Positions 1 through 12,378 of a stretch of DNA of 64,000 nt are shown here, piece by piece. The first letter of the stretch is position 1. Each line of letters opens with the position of its first letter. The position numbers and the translations under genes were made by a program. The notes below the pieces were generated by a model that was not told the DNA's origin, did not search any database, and worked only from the letters and a program-made list of their open reading frames with translations. Source of the stretch: Octopus sinensis (lineage: Eukaryota); assembly GCF_006345805.1 (NCBI RefSeq), contig NC_043001.1, positions 93,868,001 to 93,932,000 of the forward strand. The letters are read 5' to 3'.

Positions 1-831
1 CGTCCAAATATTGCTATTGTGTAAATTTCGTGAAATGCAAAACGAAATCCCATTTAAAACGGTTGAACTACTCTGTAACAAGAAGCTAAAGAAGAGATTC
101 TTACATAGATGCCAGTGCTACAGAATATCATCGGGTCATCAGCTCACCTTGTACTCCTATATATTTATTGTGATAAATCTTTCCATTTATCTCACAATTA
201 CACGCGCACACAGAGATACCAACACATAGACATATTCGTAATTCATTTGGAGAATTGAGCTGCTAAAAGAAATAATATATGAAAGAGAGAACTACTAAAT
301 ATCCTGTTTTAGACTATCGACTTTTCAGAGTCTTAAGTAAAATATAATAGTGAGAATTGCCATTTTGGAATATGATCTACATTCAAATACAATTTCCTTG
401 AAATAATATATATTCATCTAATATCTTGATAGAATAGATAATTAAGCTTCCCAGTGAAAATGTGCAACTAATAACTTGTCCAGTCGTTTTATGATGTTGA
501 AACTTGGTTAATCAAGAGATATAGCTATTTCATTGGAGTGAATATATAATATTTGCTTTCATCTAAGAATTATCTGAAAGACTTACTTCCAGAAGAATGG
601 ATGTGAAGAAATGCCGCAATACAGGATATTGTTTAGTTAATGAAAATTTTCTTTCGAGATTACGTTTGAAATATGGGCAGAAGAAATATTCTAATTTGGG
701 CGAGAAATTAATCTAAGGTTTCTAAATATATCAACGCAACTGTATACATACATATATACGAACGTACATACATATGTGTATATGTATAGATATACATACA
801 AATGTAATTATATACGTATGCATCATTAGTG

Positions 832-863
<32 letters not shown>

Positions 864-1489
864 ATCTTGTAAATACCATTCCTATCATTATATAATTGGC
901 ATCATTATCACTCAGAAATTACAGTAGATCCCAAATCCCATCATTTATATTTTTCATATATTCCTCCAATAATTATGGCGACTATAAAACTTATGACGAG
1001 AATAGCACAGGATTGTAGACTACGCAATAATTTTTATGTTGTTTTTGAATCGATTGTAGGACGGCGTCGTATCTTATGATATAAAATAAAGATTTGGGGT
1101 CTTCCTTCAACAAACCACTTTGAAGTATAGAAATAGATAATTCCATATATTTGCTCCTAAAATAACCAATGAGTATCATATATGTGTTACGGGTGTACAT
1201 ATAGAAGAACAGATTTATATCCAAACGCGTTTCAACTTATAACAATATATACGCTTGTGTGCCAATCTAGTTATCGCAGCACACACATACACACACGTAT
1301 ACACACATACACACACAAGCACACACACACATATAGGAAAGATGTTAGTATCACAGCGTGTTGTATATAGGAATGTGTATGTGTGAAATAGTTGTGTATT
1401 GATATATATCTGTTAGTGTTGCTGCGTTATATATGATCATGCAGACGTGTGTGTATATATAAATACGTGCTCATATGTATGCGCGAGCA

Positions 1490-1600
1490 TAACTTAAGGC
1501 ATGTGATTCCGCGGTTCGATACGACTTAATCATATTTTGGGTATATTTCTTCTACCATAGCCTCGGAGTGACCAATACTTTGACAGTAAATGCGCGTGGA
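1490..1600 (+). mobile_element. Degraded 5' part of SINE family B
   Basis: ggttcgat...ttgggtatatttcttctaccatagcctcggagtgaccaatactttg aligns by eye to the head/body of the 5587-5995 copy. Confidence 0.55.
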
Positions 1601-2032
1601 TGCATATCGATCTATATCGTTGCCAGCAACGCCGAGCAGTCAATATCGATAGAAAAAATAAATAACCGCAGAATCAGTCTAAAGTAATTATTGATAATTA
1701 ATGCAAAGATGCTCTTCTTTTTACTCTGTATCAATTTCGCCACTGGTTTTTCTCATTATGAAATTATAAATCATTATTTCTAATACTTAATTAACATTTC
1801 AGCACATTATCCCGAATCTTTTATTCCTTGAATCACCAAATTCTTATGTAGAGAAAATGAATCCTTTCAATATAGACTTCGTCTGTGAATAACTGAGAGT
1901 AAAATTCCCGCCTCTTCGACCCGCATTCCTTGTTTCACTAACGTACAATTAGATCGCACTTTCACAGCGTATCCTTATGGAGTATATATATCCCTAGTGT
2001 ATCTCCTCCGCCTCTCTCTCTCCAAATATACA

Positions 2033-2068
<36 letters not shown>

Positions 2069-2070
2069 TA

Positions 2071-2315
2071 TTGGTAGAAATGGTAAGACAACAAAAGAAT
2101 GAAAGAGAACTCGATATTATGTAAATAGAGGAATTTATCTGTAAATATAATATGTGACAGTTATTCGGTAGCCATGATAAAACTCCGAGTTTTGGATGTT
2201 ATGGCATTTTTTCCGATGGCCAGATAACTGAGGAGATGGCAGCGTGGATTTGCACCCCGACATCTGAATCTCGGAGCTTTATCATGGCTACTGAATAATT
2301 GTCACATATTGCATT

Positions 2316-2319
<4 letters not shown>
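2071..2319. mobile_element. (TA)n-embedded fold-back element, Penelope-like remnant with hammerhead motif
   Basis: 60-bp inverted arms 2140-2199 / 2260-2319, unpaired tail 2071-2139, TA-rich microsatellite on both sides. Confidence 0.7.
2223..2283 (+). ncRNA. Degenerate minimal type I hammerhead ribozyme
   Basis: Stem I GATAA(2223-27)/TTATC(2279-83); core CTGAGGA 2228-34; stem II GATG/CATC; GAAT for GAAA at 2266-69; stem III CTCGGAG; the mirror arm supplies the canonical bases at mutated positions. Confidence 0.65.
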
Positions 2320-2368
<49 letters not shown>

Positions 2369-2371
<3 letters not shown>

Positions 2372-2622
2372 GGTAGGTATCAATAAAATAAAACAGAACA
2401 CAAAGGATGTCGCGGTACACGTGTTTCAAGCTTTATAAAACAACTTATTCTTACATCAAGTATAAGAATATGATGTAAGAATAATTTGTTTTATAAAGCT
2501 TGAAACACGTGTACTGCGACATCCTTTGTGTTCTGTTTATTTCATTTGATTCATATATCCTCTCACCTCTGCTAATAGCTGGCATATACGGGGCTTACAT
2601 TTATCAATATTCACCCTGAATG
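2369..2622 (+). mobile_element. (TA)n-embedded fold-back element with partial hammerhead motif, Penelope-like remnant
   Basis: Arms ~2379-2458 / 2471-2550, 12-nt loop, tail to 2622; right arm reads TGATGT-AAG...CTT-GAAA-CACGTG-TA. Confidence 0.7.
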
Positions 2623-2645
2623 TATATAATATATATAATATATAT

Positions 2646-2691
<46 letters not shown>

Positions 2692-3439
2692 CGTTAATTA
2701 CAACATCCCTATTCCTGCGTAGGAGATGCCATTATATTTCCTCACTAAACTTCCTTACTCTTTTATCATGCATGTCTAATTTGGGCTCTTTATGGCTAAC
2801 CTTATTTCACCTCTAATGACTTGTAGCTACCCGGTATTTGGTTATGCCACCCTAATATCCTATGCAACCGTAATATACATATATACTCGTTATGCAACCC
2901 TAATAACATAATATCGAATTTACTGCATATAATATGATATACTATAAGATACTATAAAAGTATATTAAACGATTTTATAAATCAATACCGGGTGGGTTCT
3001 GATGCGTTAGCTAGCTACAATTTCTGAAGAATATCAGTAGACATAACCATAACAAGTTATTTCGCTTCATTATTGCATTATCGCATGGAAATATATCCAA
3101 TAAGTCTTCTTCAACGACTCCAAAAGAATATCTCTACGCGTACCAAGAAAGACATATCTGTCTCGCAAAACAAGCACAGCACGATGTTAAACACTTTAAG
3201 ATCGCAACAAAGAAAACCAAATCGACCTAAGTATAACTGAGGATCTCTCCTGCCAATCATGGATATTCATCATAACAAAGGCTAAATGATACACACTGAA
3301 CCGTCCCATACATAGGCCGAAAATGCTTCATCCTCAATAACAAAACACATAGTACAGAGCTCAGGTAAAGACTGACTATGGAGCACTGCTCCTACATATA
3401 TGACAGTACTACATGCTATAAAGCATAAACGATAAACAT

Positions 3440-3739
3440 CACCCTTTTCAAGCCTAGCCAGGCTCATGGGCCCTGTTTCCCGGTTTCTGTGGCGTTTATG
3501 TTCCCCCCAATTGGACGGGACGCTAGACCATCGCAGCGTTACTCAAGAAACAGGAAGAGAGAGTGAGAGAAAGTTGTGGAAAAAGAGTACAACAGGGGTT
3601 GCCATCCCCTGCCGGAGCCTCGTGGAGCCTTTTTAGGTGTTTTCGCTCAATAAACACACACAATGCTCGGTCTGGGAATCGAAACCGCGATCCTCCGACC
3701 GCGAGTCCACTGCCCTGACCACTGGGCCATTGCACCTCC
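3440..3739 (-). mobile_element. tRNA-derived SINE, family A, near full length
   Basis: Minus strand has A box (tggcccagtggtcagggc) and B-box-like ggtttcgattccc; body homologous to 13081-13335. Confidence 0.85.
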
Positions 3740-5444
3740 CGCTGTACGGCGTACCCTAACCGAATTCAAATAAGAGTCACTCTGTTGATTGATATGAACT
3801 CTTCTGTCAATATATTTTAAGCATCTCCATACTGTTTTTTTTTTTCGTCTATACACACTAAGGTATTCTCTGTTCTTCAGATATGCCTGTTTATATTCCA
3901 AACCTAACATCCCTCCCAACCTCCTCAGTCGCGTTGGCTCCGCATTATCATCTAACATAGTTCTCTCAACTAACATAGTTCTCTCAAGAAAATCAACCTT
4001 CGAAAATATCCTGTCATGCAAGTACTTGATTTCCTGTCAATTTGCATTTTGCAGTTGTCCGAGGGTTTTTTTCACACGGTCGATAGCCTTTGTGTGAGAG
4101 GGTTTGCGAAGATATGGGCATATATCCTCCCTATCGGCCTGGAGAGTAAACGTCGCCAAAATTGTATGTCTAGCATAATAATCACACTGTTTCGATATTT
4201 CATTGTTTCGTATTATATTAACTAGAAAATAAAACGGCTATACTTCTGACATTTGCAGTTAATGAGGAGGTTCATATCTCCTTTCAATTTATATGTATTA
4301 TTTTGACAGAATAACAGATACTGCAGGTGTAACAATAGCCAAATATTTGTATATGCAAAATATATTACCTACCGTAAAATATATATATTCATTGGCAAAT
4401 GCACCTTGTTAAGTTTTCATAAATTCTATCGATAAACATATTTATAATTTCTCAACACTGTAATTCATACTTTTAGCTTGCAACAACTACGTCTTTGTAT
4501 TGAAAGGCATCATTAAACAAATAACTAAAACTATATGTGAATAAATTTGGATTCCATATGCAACATATCAAATAGGCTTAACAAAATTCCAATTTTATAT
4601 CTGTAAATTAAATGTATGTTTGAAGATAATTTTTCACGTCAGTTTTATGAATTTTACGAAATATGTATCAGATATTTTTATGTAGCAGGAAACTCGCGTG
4701 AGCAAAATACGCTTCAAGAAGATTTCTATCATAAAATATCGGTATCCAATAGTTAGCCAGCCAATATAGCTGCAGCAAAACATAATCTAGGATAGTGAAA
4801 AACAAACGATTACTTCATTTATATGAAAGGATAAATGTCTTCCAGGTAAACAGATTGGTTTAGCTCGTGTCGAAAACCGATCAACGAAGGGTTTATGTCA
4901 AAGATGACATATAACTAAATTGATAAGTTAGATTAAGAACCAAGGTCATAGAGTATGACACCTGCCAGTTATCTTCTTAGCCGAGACGTTATTATATCAT
5001 CAACTACAAATCTACTACTATGCCTACTTTCGCTAAGAGTTTAAGTTACAGCAATATATAATAATTCGCTTGCGTCTAACTGTACTATCAATAAAAAGTA
5101 CTTCATTAGTGAGCTACTGCAGGACACTTCTAAGTAGACACTCAAATTGTTAGAAATAGCAGTCGAACCTTCCATAAATAAAATCTTTGCTTGAGTGGGC
5201 AAGACACATTCCATAATTTAATTCTAGATTTACCATGTGTGAAAAGGAGATGGTGACAGCTGGAAAGACTTTTACGGTAACTCTAATCGATAAAGTTTCA
5301 TATTGTACCAAACAAGAAAAGTAAATACAAATATACGTGTACAACGTTAAAATATATAATACTACATTACATAAGTTGCATTATAATATTGATATACAAT
5401 ATATAAATGTGTGTGTGTGTATTTGTTTGTGCATACACCGTGCG

Positions 5445-5512
<68 letters not shown>

Positions 5513-5586
5513 ATATAGATAGATATATATGATATAATATATATTATTATATAATATATATATAATATATATATATATATACATAT

Positions 5587-5995
5587 AAGGCGCAAGAGTG
5601 CTGTGTGGTAAGTAGCTTGCTAACCAACCACATGATTCCGGTTCAGTCCCACTGCATGGCATCTTGGGCAAGTGTCTTCTGCTATAGCCCGGGCCGACCA
5701 ATGCCTTGTGAGTGGATTTGGCAGACGGAAACTGAAAGAAGCCTGTCGTATATATGTATATATATATGTATGTGTGTTTGTGTATCTGTGTTTGTCCCCC
5801 TAGCATTGCTTGACAACCGATGCTGGTGTGTTTATGTCCCCGTTACTTAGCGGTTCGGCAAAAGAGACCGATAGAATAAGTACTAGGCTTACAAAAAGAA
5901 TAAGTCCTGAGGTCGAATTGCTCGATTAAAGGCGGTGCTCCATCATGGCCGCAGTCAAATGACTGAAACAAGTAAAAGAGTAATGAGTAAAGAGT
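5587..5995 (+). mobile_element. tRNA-derived SINE, family B (CORE-like), full length with internal TA/TG tract
   Basis: tRNA-like head (gctgtgtggtaag...ggttcagtccc), CORE-like cttgggcaagt, 3' end gactgaaacaagtaaaagagt; several homologous copies in window. Confidence 0.9.
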
Positions 5996-6981
5996 ATATA
6001 TCAGTGGATTGCAGCTCACACACACACTTGCTCATATGTATATATATATATATGTATTATATATATATATATATATATTCAGATACGCATACACATGCAT
6101 ATACATATACGTGCACAGGTGGTTGAGATACAATTCTTCCGACATTAAAACAGATGGGCAGAGGATTAAGAACGGTGTCACCTACTGATTTTCAAGAATA
6201 CACCCCTACGAAGCCCACAAGATCTAGCTGAAGTAGGCGCCCAAGAGATACAAAAATACATATATATCAAGAATCAAAAGAATAAATAAGCAGCCAACTA
6301 AAATACTGCCACCACCGTAATCTACAATTACCAGGAATAAAGACATTTGGTTCCAAAAAATATTCCTTTCTACTCTAGGCACAAGGCCGAAACTTTTTTC
6401 TCTGAAGATTCTTTTCGGTCCAATCTGTTCATTTATATAACGTCTTCAAGGACACAAAAAATATGGATATTCGTAGATGCGTTGAAACTTCAAAATCTTG
6501 CCAATGGAAAGAACCGAACACAGCACCAGAAATTGTCTGGTTTAAAAAACCACATCAGATGCAATGATGGTTCTTAGTTGTACAGTAGGTGGTTATCTCT
6601 CTCTCGTCATGCACATATAAAACACATATCAAAGCCTTTTTGAAAGCTGTTACTGCTCACAGCTAAACGCTTACGTTTGTGCCGCTGTTGAAGGGACGGT
6701 TATAAATTTAGTTGATTATATTTTATTCGAAACAAAAAATTTTAAAAATTTATCGAAATTATCTGTATCACAGCGAGTAAATTACCTTAGCGTGCACGGG
6801 TAGGCAAATGAGGTATAAAAAACAATTCATAGAATAAATTGGAAATTCACAAAATGAAATAAAACATCATATGATGAAATAAAGTGAATAACTGAAGTTG
6901 GAAATGGCGATGGAACGTCACAAAATTTATAAAATGCTACTCGTAATTAGCGTACATACATTCGTTCACAAATATATATAA

Positions 6982-7022
<41 letters not shown>

Positions 7023-7371
7023 TATACATAGATGTGTGGGGTATCTAGATGCACATGCAATAAATACATGATTATGCGTGCGAGTACGAACGGTGTTTTG
7101 GTGCCTACAATATTCGTATGAGGAGAAATTGTACGTCGACAAATTGAGCGTTAGATGGTATTTTCCCACTTTATTAATGGGGATGTGTGTTTGAATCATG
7201 TTTGAAGCTTTCCATAAATTATTTGGGCCTGCACATGTAGAATCTTAACTCTAAAATGGATTGAATCTTTGCCCCGATATCGGACAATTTGTTGCAGTAA
7301 GCTTTCTTTTACTGTGGCTAAAGAAATTCTATAATATCTAACAAGAATATAAAGCGTAACATGGCGCAATT

Positions 7372-7800
7372 GGGAAGAAGAAGTGGAAGAAGACGAGGAG
7401 GAAGAGGGAAGAATACGAAAAAGGGGAGGCAGAGAAGGGAAGAAGTGGTAAAAAGGGCAGAGAAGAAATGGTAAAAAAAGAAGGAAAAGGAGAAGGAGGA
7501 GAAGGAAGAAGAAGAAAAAGAAGGACGAGGAGAAAAAGAACAAGAAGAGAGGAGGCGGGGAGGGGGAAGAGAAGAAGTGGAAAAGAAGGAGGAGGAAGAA
7601 GAAGAAAAGCGAAGGCGGAGGCAGAGGAGAGGAAGAGAAGAAATGGAAAAGAAGAAAAAGGAGAAGGAGGAGAAGAGAAAGAAGACGAAACAGAAGAAGA
7701 ATTAGAAGATGAATTACAAGAAGAATTAGAAGAAGAAGAAGAAGAAGAAGAAGAAGAAGAAGAAGAAGAAGAAGAAGAAAAAGAAAAAGAAGAAGAAATG
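7372..7800 (+). repeat. Polypurine low-complexity tract ending in (GAA)n
   Basis: Almost pure A/G; long (GAA) run ~7729-7778. Confidence 0.9.
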
Positions 7801-7951
7801 GCTTTGGAGTTCACTAGGCTATGGATCTATCGAATTGTTGAACACCGGAAGGCTGTGGAGCGAAGTTACACTCGAGAGGATGCGAAACGGAATCACAGAG
7901 AACCGGAAACAATATTAACAAGTTGCTATATTCTGATATTATAATGACTGA

Positions 7952-7981
<30 letters not shown>

Positions 7982-7982
<1 letters not shown>

Positions 7983-8317
7983 AAGGGTAAAGACCCCCTT
8001 CGGTCATGAATGACCATGGGATTGCACCTAGAAAGTTACCCTCCTAGACACAAGTCCGGGCAAGGTTGTTTATGGAAGGCCAGCAGTCGCCCATGCATAC
8101 CAGCCTCCCCTCTCCACGCCACCAGTGTTATCCAAGGGAAAGACAAAGGTCGATACAGCTTGGCACCAGTGACTCATTTCTACAGCTGAGTGAACTGGAG
8201 CAACGTGAAATAAAGTGCCTTGCTCAAGAACACAACACGCAGCCCGGTCCGGGATTCGAGCTCACAACCTCACGATCGTAAGCTCGACGCTCTAACCACT
8301 GAGCCATGCGCCTTCAC
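7982..8317 (-). mobile_element. tRNA(Arg-ACG)-like SINE, family E (CORE-like)
   Basis: Minus strand: ggcgcatggctcagtggttagagcg...ttacgat...ctcgaatcccgg, then cttgagcaaggcacttta; head shared with 22333-22660. Confidence 0.88.
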
Positions 8318-8330
8318 ATATATAATATAT

Positions 8331-8426
<96 letters not shown>

Positions 8427-8450
8427 ATATATTATAATCTATATATATAT

Positions 8451-8605
8451 ATATAAAATATTATTTGAGACAAAACCACTATTTTGCAAAACAAACAAGA
8501 AAGACTTAATCAATTAATATTTATATATTTTACTATAAAATTGGATTTAATCCTAAATCTGATTTTTTTTCCCTGTAAATTTGGATATATTCCCTAATAT
8601 TTATT
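8451..8605. mobile_element. TA-embedded insert; same family as 22186-22265 in opposite orientation
   Basis: ttccctgtaaatttggatatattccctaatatt matches the reverse complement of aatattagggagtatatccaaacttacagggaa. Confidence 0.7.
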
Positions 8606-8637
8606 ATTATATATATATATATATATATATATTAATA

Positions 8638-8691
<54 letters not shown>

Positions 8692-8740
8692 ATATATTAT
8701 ATACAACTTATAAATATATATATATATATATATACAACTT

Positions 8741-8945
8741 ATAAATAAGGGCAAACGAAAACATTTCTAATGATAATATGCCGAATTGAACATATTGTCC
8801 ATAACCAAATAATTTTTCACAATACGCACGCTTCTCGAAAAAGGTCGACAGAAATTTCAAAAAAATTCCATTATTACCATATCGAACCGATTTCATGGTT
8901 AGTTCGTAAGAACCCTCCCTCGTCAGTGATAATATGGCATAAGAA
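8741..8945 (-). mobile_element. Hammerhead-bearing short element running 3' into (TA)n, Penelope-like remnant
   Basis: Contains the hammerhead at 8880-8931; its 3' end abuts the TA tract; 5' boundary approximate. Confidence 0.6.
8880..8931 (-). ncRNA. Near-intact minimal type I hammerhead ribozyme
   Basis: Minus strand: TATCA-CTGACGA-GGGAGGGTTC-TTAC-GAACTAACCAT-GAAA-TCGG-TT-CGATA; both core boxes intact, inner stem II GTTC/GAAC, stem I TATC/GATA. Confidence 0.72.
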
Positions 8946-9004
8946 ATGAATGAGATACTTACTCATACTCATGGAAGACCCAAAACACACACGTACACAT
9001 ACAC

Positions 9005-9051
<47 letters not shown>

Positions 9052-10152
9052 GTGTGTGTACGTACCAGAAAGCCTCAAGAAGTATAACATTCGCTACTAA
9101 AATTTATGTCGTTTATCTAGCCAACCTAGATTATAAACACACATTACATCCCCAAACTTTTGGTTTTTCAATATTTGTCCATTCTACTATCCTGACAAAC
9201 ATGGGCGTTCGCATGGAGATTGCGAATAGAAGCAGCGTGTTGTATTGATTTTAAAGGCTCTGATCAATAGCTATTCATTCGTTACAATGAATGTTGGTAT
9301 GGAAAGCGTCCATAATTATACGGGACTATGAACTCATAGCGTATGTGAACTAGTCGGATCTGTATTGAAGGAATACTAATCATATAAGATATCGAACATA
9401 TCCTTTTGTCCTTTAATTTCCATCTGGACTCTTTCATACATTGAAGGAAGCTAAACTGTCGTCTTTGACATATTGAATACGTTTGTGAATAATTACTAGT
9501 GCATCAAGATTTAATAGAAAAACTGTGGTAATATTAAGTGAAGCAACGACTATGAATGTATGGAGTTGAATTCATATACTGATATTTAGGCATACCACAG
9601 AAGAATATTTCGTATTCATTTAATGAATAGTTCTTTAAAGGCTCCATTTTTTCCATTGAAGTTAAATAGTTTCATTGACGACTTAAACTATATATTTTGT
9701 AGTTCTGCAGTTGAATTGATAAAATCAGGTCCAGAAGTTGGACTGATTTTAGTCGTGACGGCCCTCTGTGGGATGTGTGACCTTATGCCAATACTATAGA
9801 AAATATATTGTATGAGAATCGACATATGGAACTGACCACAAATTTGCACACACGCATACACACAGATAGGTAGATAGTTAGAGAGAGACAAAGAGTGAGA
9901 GAAAGAGAGAGCGAAGAGAGATAGGGAAAGATAGATAAAAAGATCGTGAAATATGGATCCACGAAGGTCTCAGGAAAAGTATTCAGTGGATGGAACGAAT
10001 AAATTATCAATTCATTGAATGCACATTTTCCTCATTATTCTTGTCCATGTGTGCTCTTAACGCAATTCGTACCTAAAATATGCAGGATATACAGTGAGAA
10101 AAGGCAAATACATATATAAAAGAACAATGCATCTGAGGGTCTTTAGCACACA

Positions 10153-10389
10153 TTCTTATTTCTTTTATTTCTTTACTGGCCACAAGGGGCTACACAGAGG
10201 GGACAAACAAGGACAGACAAACGGATTAAGTCGATTACATCGACCCCAGTGCGTAACTGGTACTTATTTAATCGACCCCGAAAGGATGAAAAGCAAAGTT
10301 GACCTCGGCGGAATTTTAACACAGAGCGTAACAGCAGACGAAATACCGTTAAGCATTTCGCCCGGTGTGCTAATGTTTCTGCCAGCTCA
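10153..10389 (-). mobile_element. tRNA-derived SINE, family C
   Basis: Minus strand head gagctggcagaaacattagca, body tttcatcctttcggggtcgat...aagtaccag, tail cccttgtgg...aagaaataa. Confidence 0.9.
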
Positions 10390-10559
10390 CAACCTTCAAT
10401 AGAATTTCTACGTATCTGAATTACCTCACATGGCATGGATAACCCGGAGGTATTATAAAGGACATTTTTAGGTATTCCTCAATAGGACCGAACGGATTAT
10501 TTTGTGGGTGCATAGCAAGTGTCTTAAATATATATAATCTACGTTTACTTTAAAATTGA

Positions 10560-10768
10560 TTTCAGATTTCGGCACAAGGACAGTAATTTCAGATAAGAGA
10601 CATGTCTATTCCATCGACTCTAGTACTTGCCTGGTACTTATCTTATCGAGCACGAAGTCAAAAGAGAAAAAGTCGACTCCGGCGCAATTTGAACTGAGAA
10701 CACGGAGATAGAAAAACTACCGCTGAGCATTCTGTACGGTGTGCTAACGATTCAGCCTGTTAGCCGCC
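10560..10768 (-). mobile_element. SINE family C, older copy
   Basis: ctggtacttatcttatcga...aaagtcgactccggcgcaatttgaactgagaac matches family C. Confidence 0.8.
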
Positions 10769-10977
10769 ATACTTTTAATATGCTACTTGTCTCTTTCGGC
10801 ACCGTTCGTAGTATATGTGAAAAAGAATAGAAATGAAATAAACAACAGACCATGCTACAAATAACAGCATGCTGCCATCTGTAATTTCTATGGCAACCTG
10901 TATCATACTATGTAGAACAAAGACAATTTTTGCTTAGCGTAGGTGTAGAGATTGGTTAATGACAGACACAAACACAA

Positions 10978-11014
<37 letters not shown>

Positions 11015-11399
11015 CGTGAATAACGTGTGTAAAGGAAGCGCAATTCTGTAAATCTTTCCTTCTAACGTTTTCTTGCCAACTGACACAAATAAAATTATGT
11101 CGTCGTATATATGTATACGTGTTCATATTTCTACCATATTCTGACTCACTCACTCACATACACACACACTCTCTCTCTGTCTCCTTCACATAATTCCTCT
11201 ATACATGTCAATCTCTGTTTCTTCATCTGTATATCTCTGTATCACTCTCTGCGCATGCGTGTATTTACGAAAGCATAATAGACAGAAGTATGTTTATCTT
11301 TGTTAGTGAATGAGATTATTAGTCGATAATTTACTGGAGACACTGCCAAAATGTCGGAAAATTATATTTTCACCAGTACTTAGTCATGTGGATGATCCA

Positions 11400-11600
11400 T
11401 GCACTAAAACCTTATGATTTACTAGAAACTGCAGCTAAATTTTCCTCAGACCACATTTATAATCAAACACTGAAAAATACGTTGGTTAATGTAGTTCTAA
11501 ATAATGAATAAATAAAAATAAAATGAGATGGTAGGCATTGGAACACATCTGAATCAAAAGTCGGTTCTGCCACACTTTCTGAGCAGAAAGGCATGACAAA
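11400..11600 (+). mobile_element. Dispersed repeat family D, degraded (probable SINE 3' part)
   Basis: ctagaaactgcagctaaattttcctca resembles the reverse complement of gagggagatttggctgctat(g/t)..tagc seen at 46590, 48325 and 50800. Confidence 0.5.
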
Positions 11601-11763
11601 TAAGAAAATCAATAGAAATATACCGAGAAACAGATGCCATATGTTCAGACACCAAATTTTACCGTTTTGAAACAGAAATGTATACTTAACAACGCATTAT
11701 GCACTCATATTCTCTCGTTTGTAAATTCAAACTGGTTTATATGTACATATATATATATATATA

Positions 11764-11797
<34 letters not shown>

Positions 11798-11802
<5 letters not shown>

Positions 11803-11977
11803 CCAAAGGCGGAGTAGATGAGACAGGGACAACTGAAGGAGGGGAATATTCTTTATGTTGCATGTCTCGTTTCTCTGTTTGTTTTTTGTTTGTTCGAAAA
11901 AAAAGTTCGTTTGTATACTTTGGTTTTTATGTTTTCGTTTCTCATTTTGTCTACGTTTTTTTTATGTCCTGTACCCA
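11798..11977. mobile_element. Unclassified ~180-bp insert inside a (TA)n tract
   Basis: Complex sequence sharply bounded by TA repeats on both sides. Confidence 0.5.
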
Positions 11978-12029
11978 TATATGCATGTATATATACATAT
12001 ATATGTAGGTATGTACATACATGTATGTA

Positions 12030-12156
12030 TATCTGCATATATTTATTATTATTCATATTATATATATAGTTATATATATATATGCATATATTTATATATT
12101 ATTCATATCATATATATATATATATATATATACATGCATATATTTATATATTATTC

Positions 12157-12193
<37 letters not shown>

Positions 12194-12325
12194 ATATATA
12201 TATATATATATTATATATATGCATATATTTATATATATTCATATTATTATATATATGCATATATTATACATTATTCATATTATTATATATTATATATATG
12301 CATATATTTATATATTATTCATATT

Positions 12326-12335
<10 letters not shown>
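12030..12335. repeat. TA-derived minisatellite, ~6 variable-length units
   Basis: tgcatatatttat(a)tattattcatat recurs near 12034, 12082, 12136, 12220, 12256, 12299. Confidence 0.8.

Positions 12336-12370
<35 letters not shown>

Positions 12371-12378
<8 letters not shown>

Noticed and set aside
7468-7944. 158-aa K/R/E-rich ORF
   Set aside because: Translation of a polypurine/(GAA)n tract; no domain or splice support
8240-8317. tRNA-Arg(ACG)-like sequence
   Set aside because: It is the head of a SINE: extended arms and continuous with CORE-like body; same for 3670-3739
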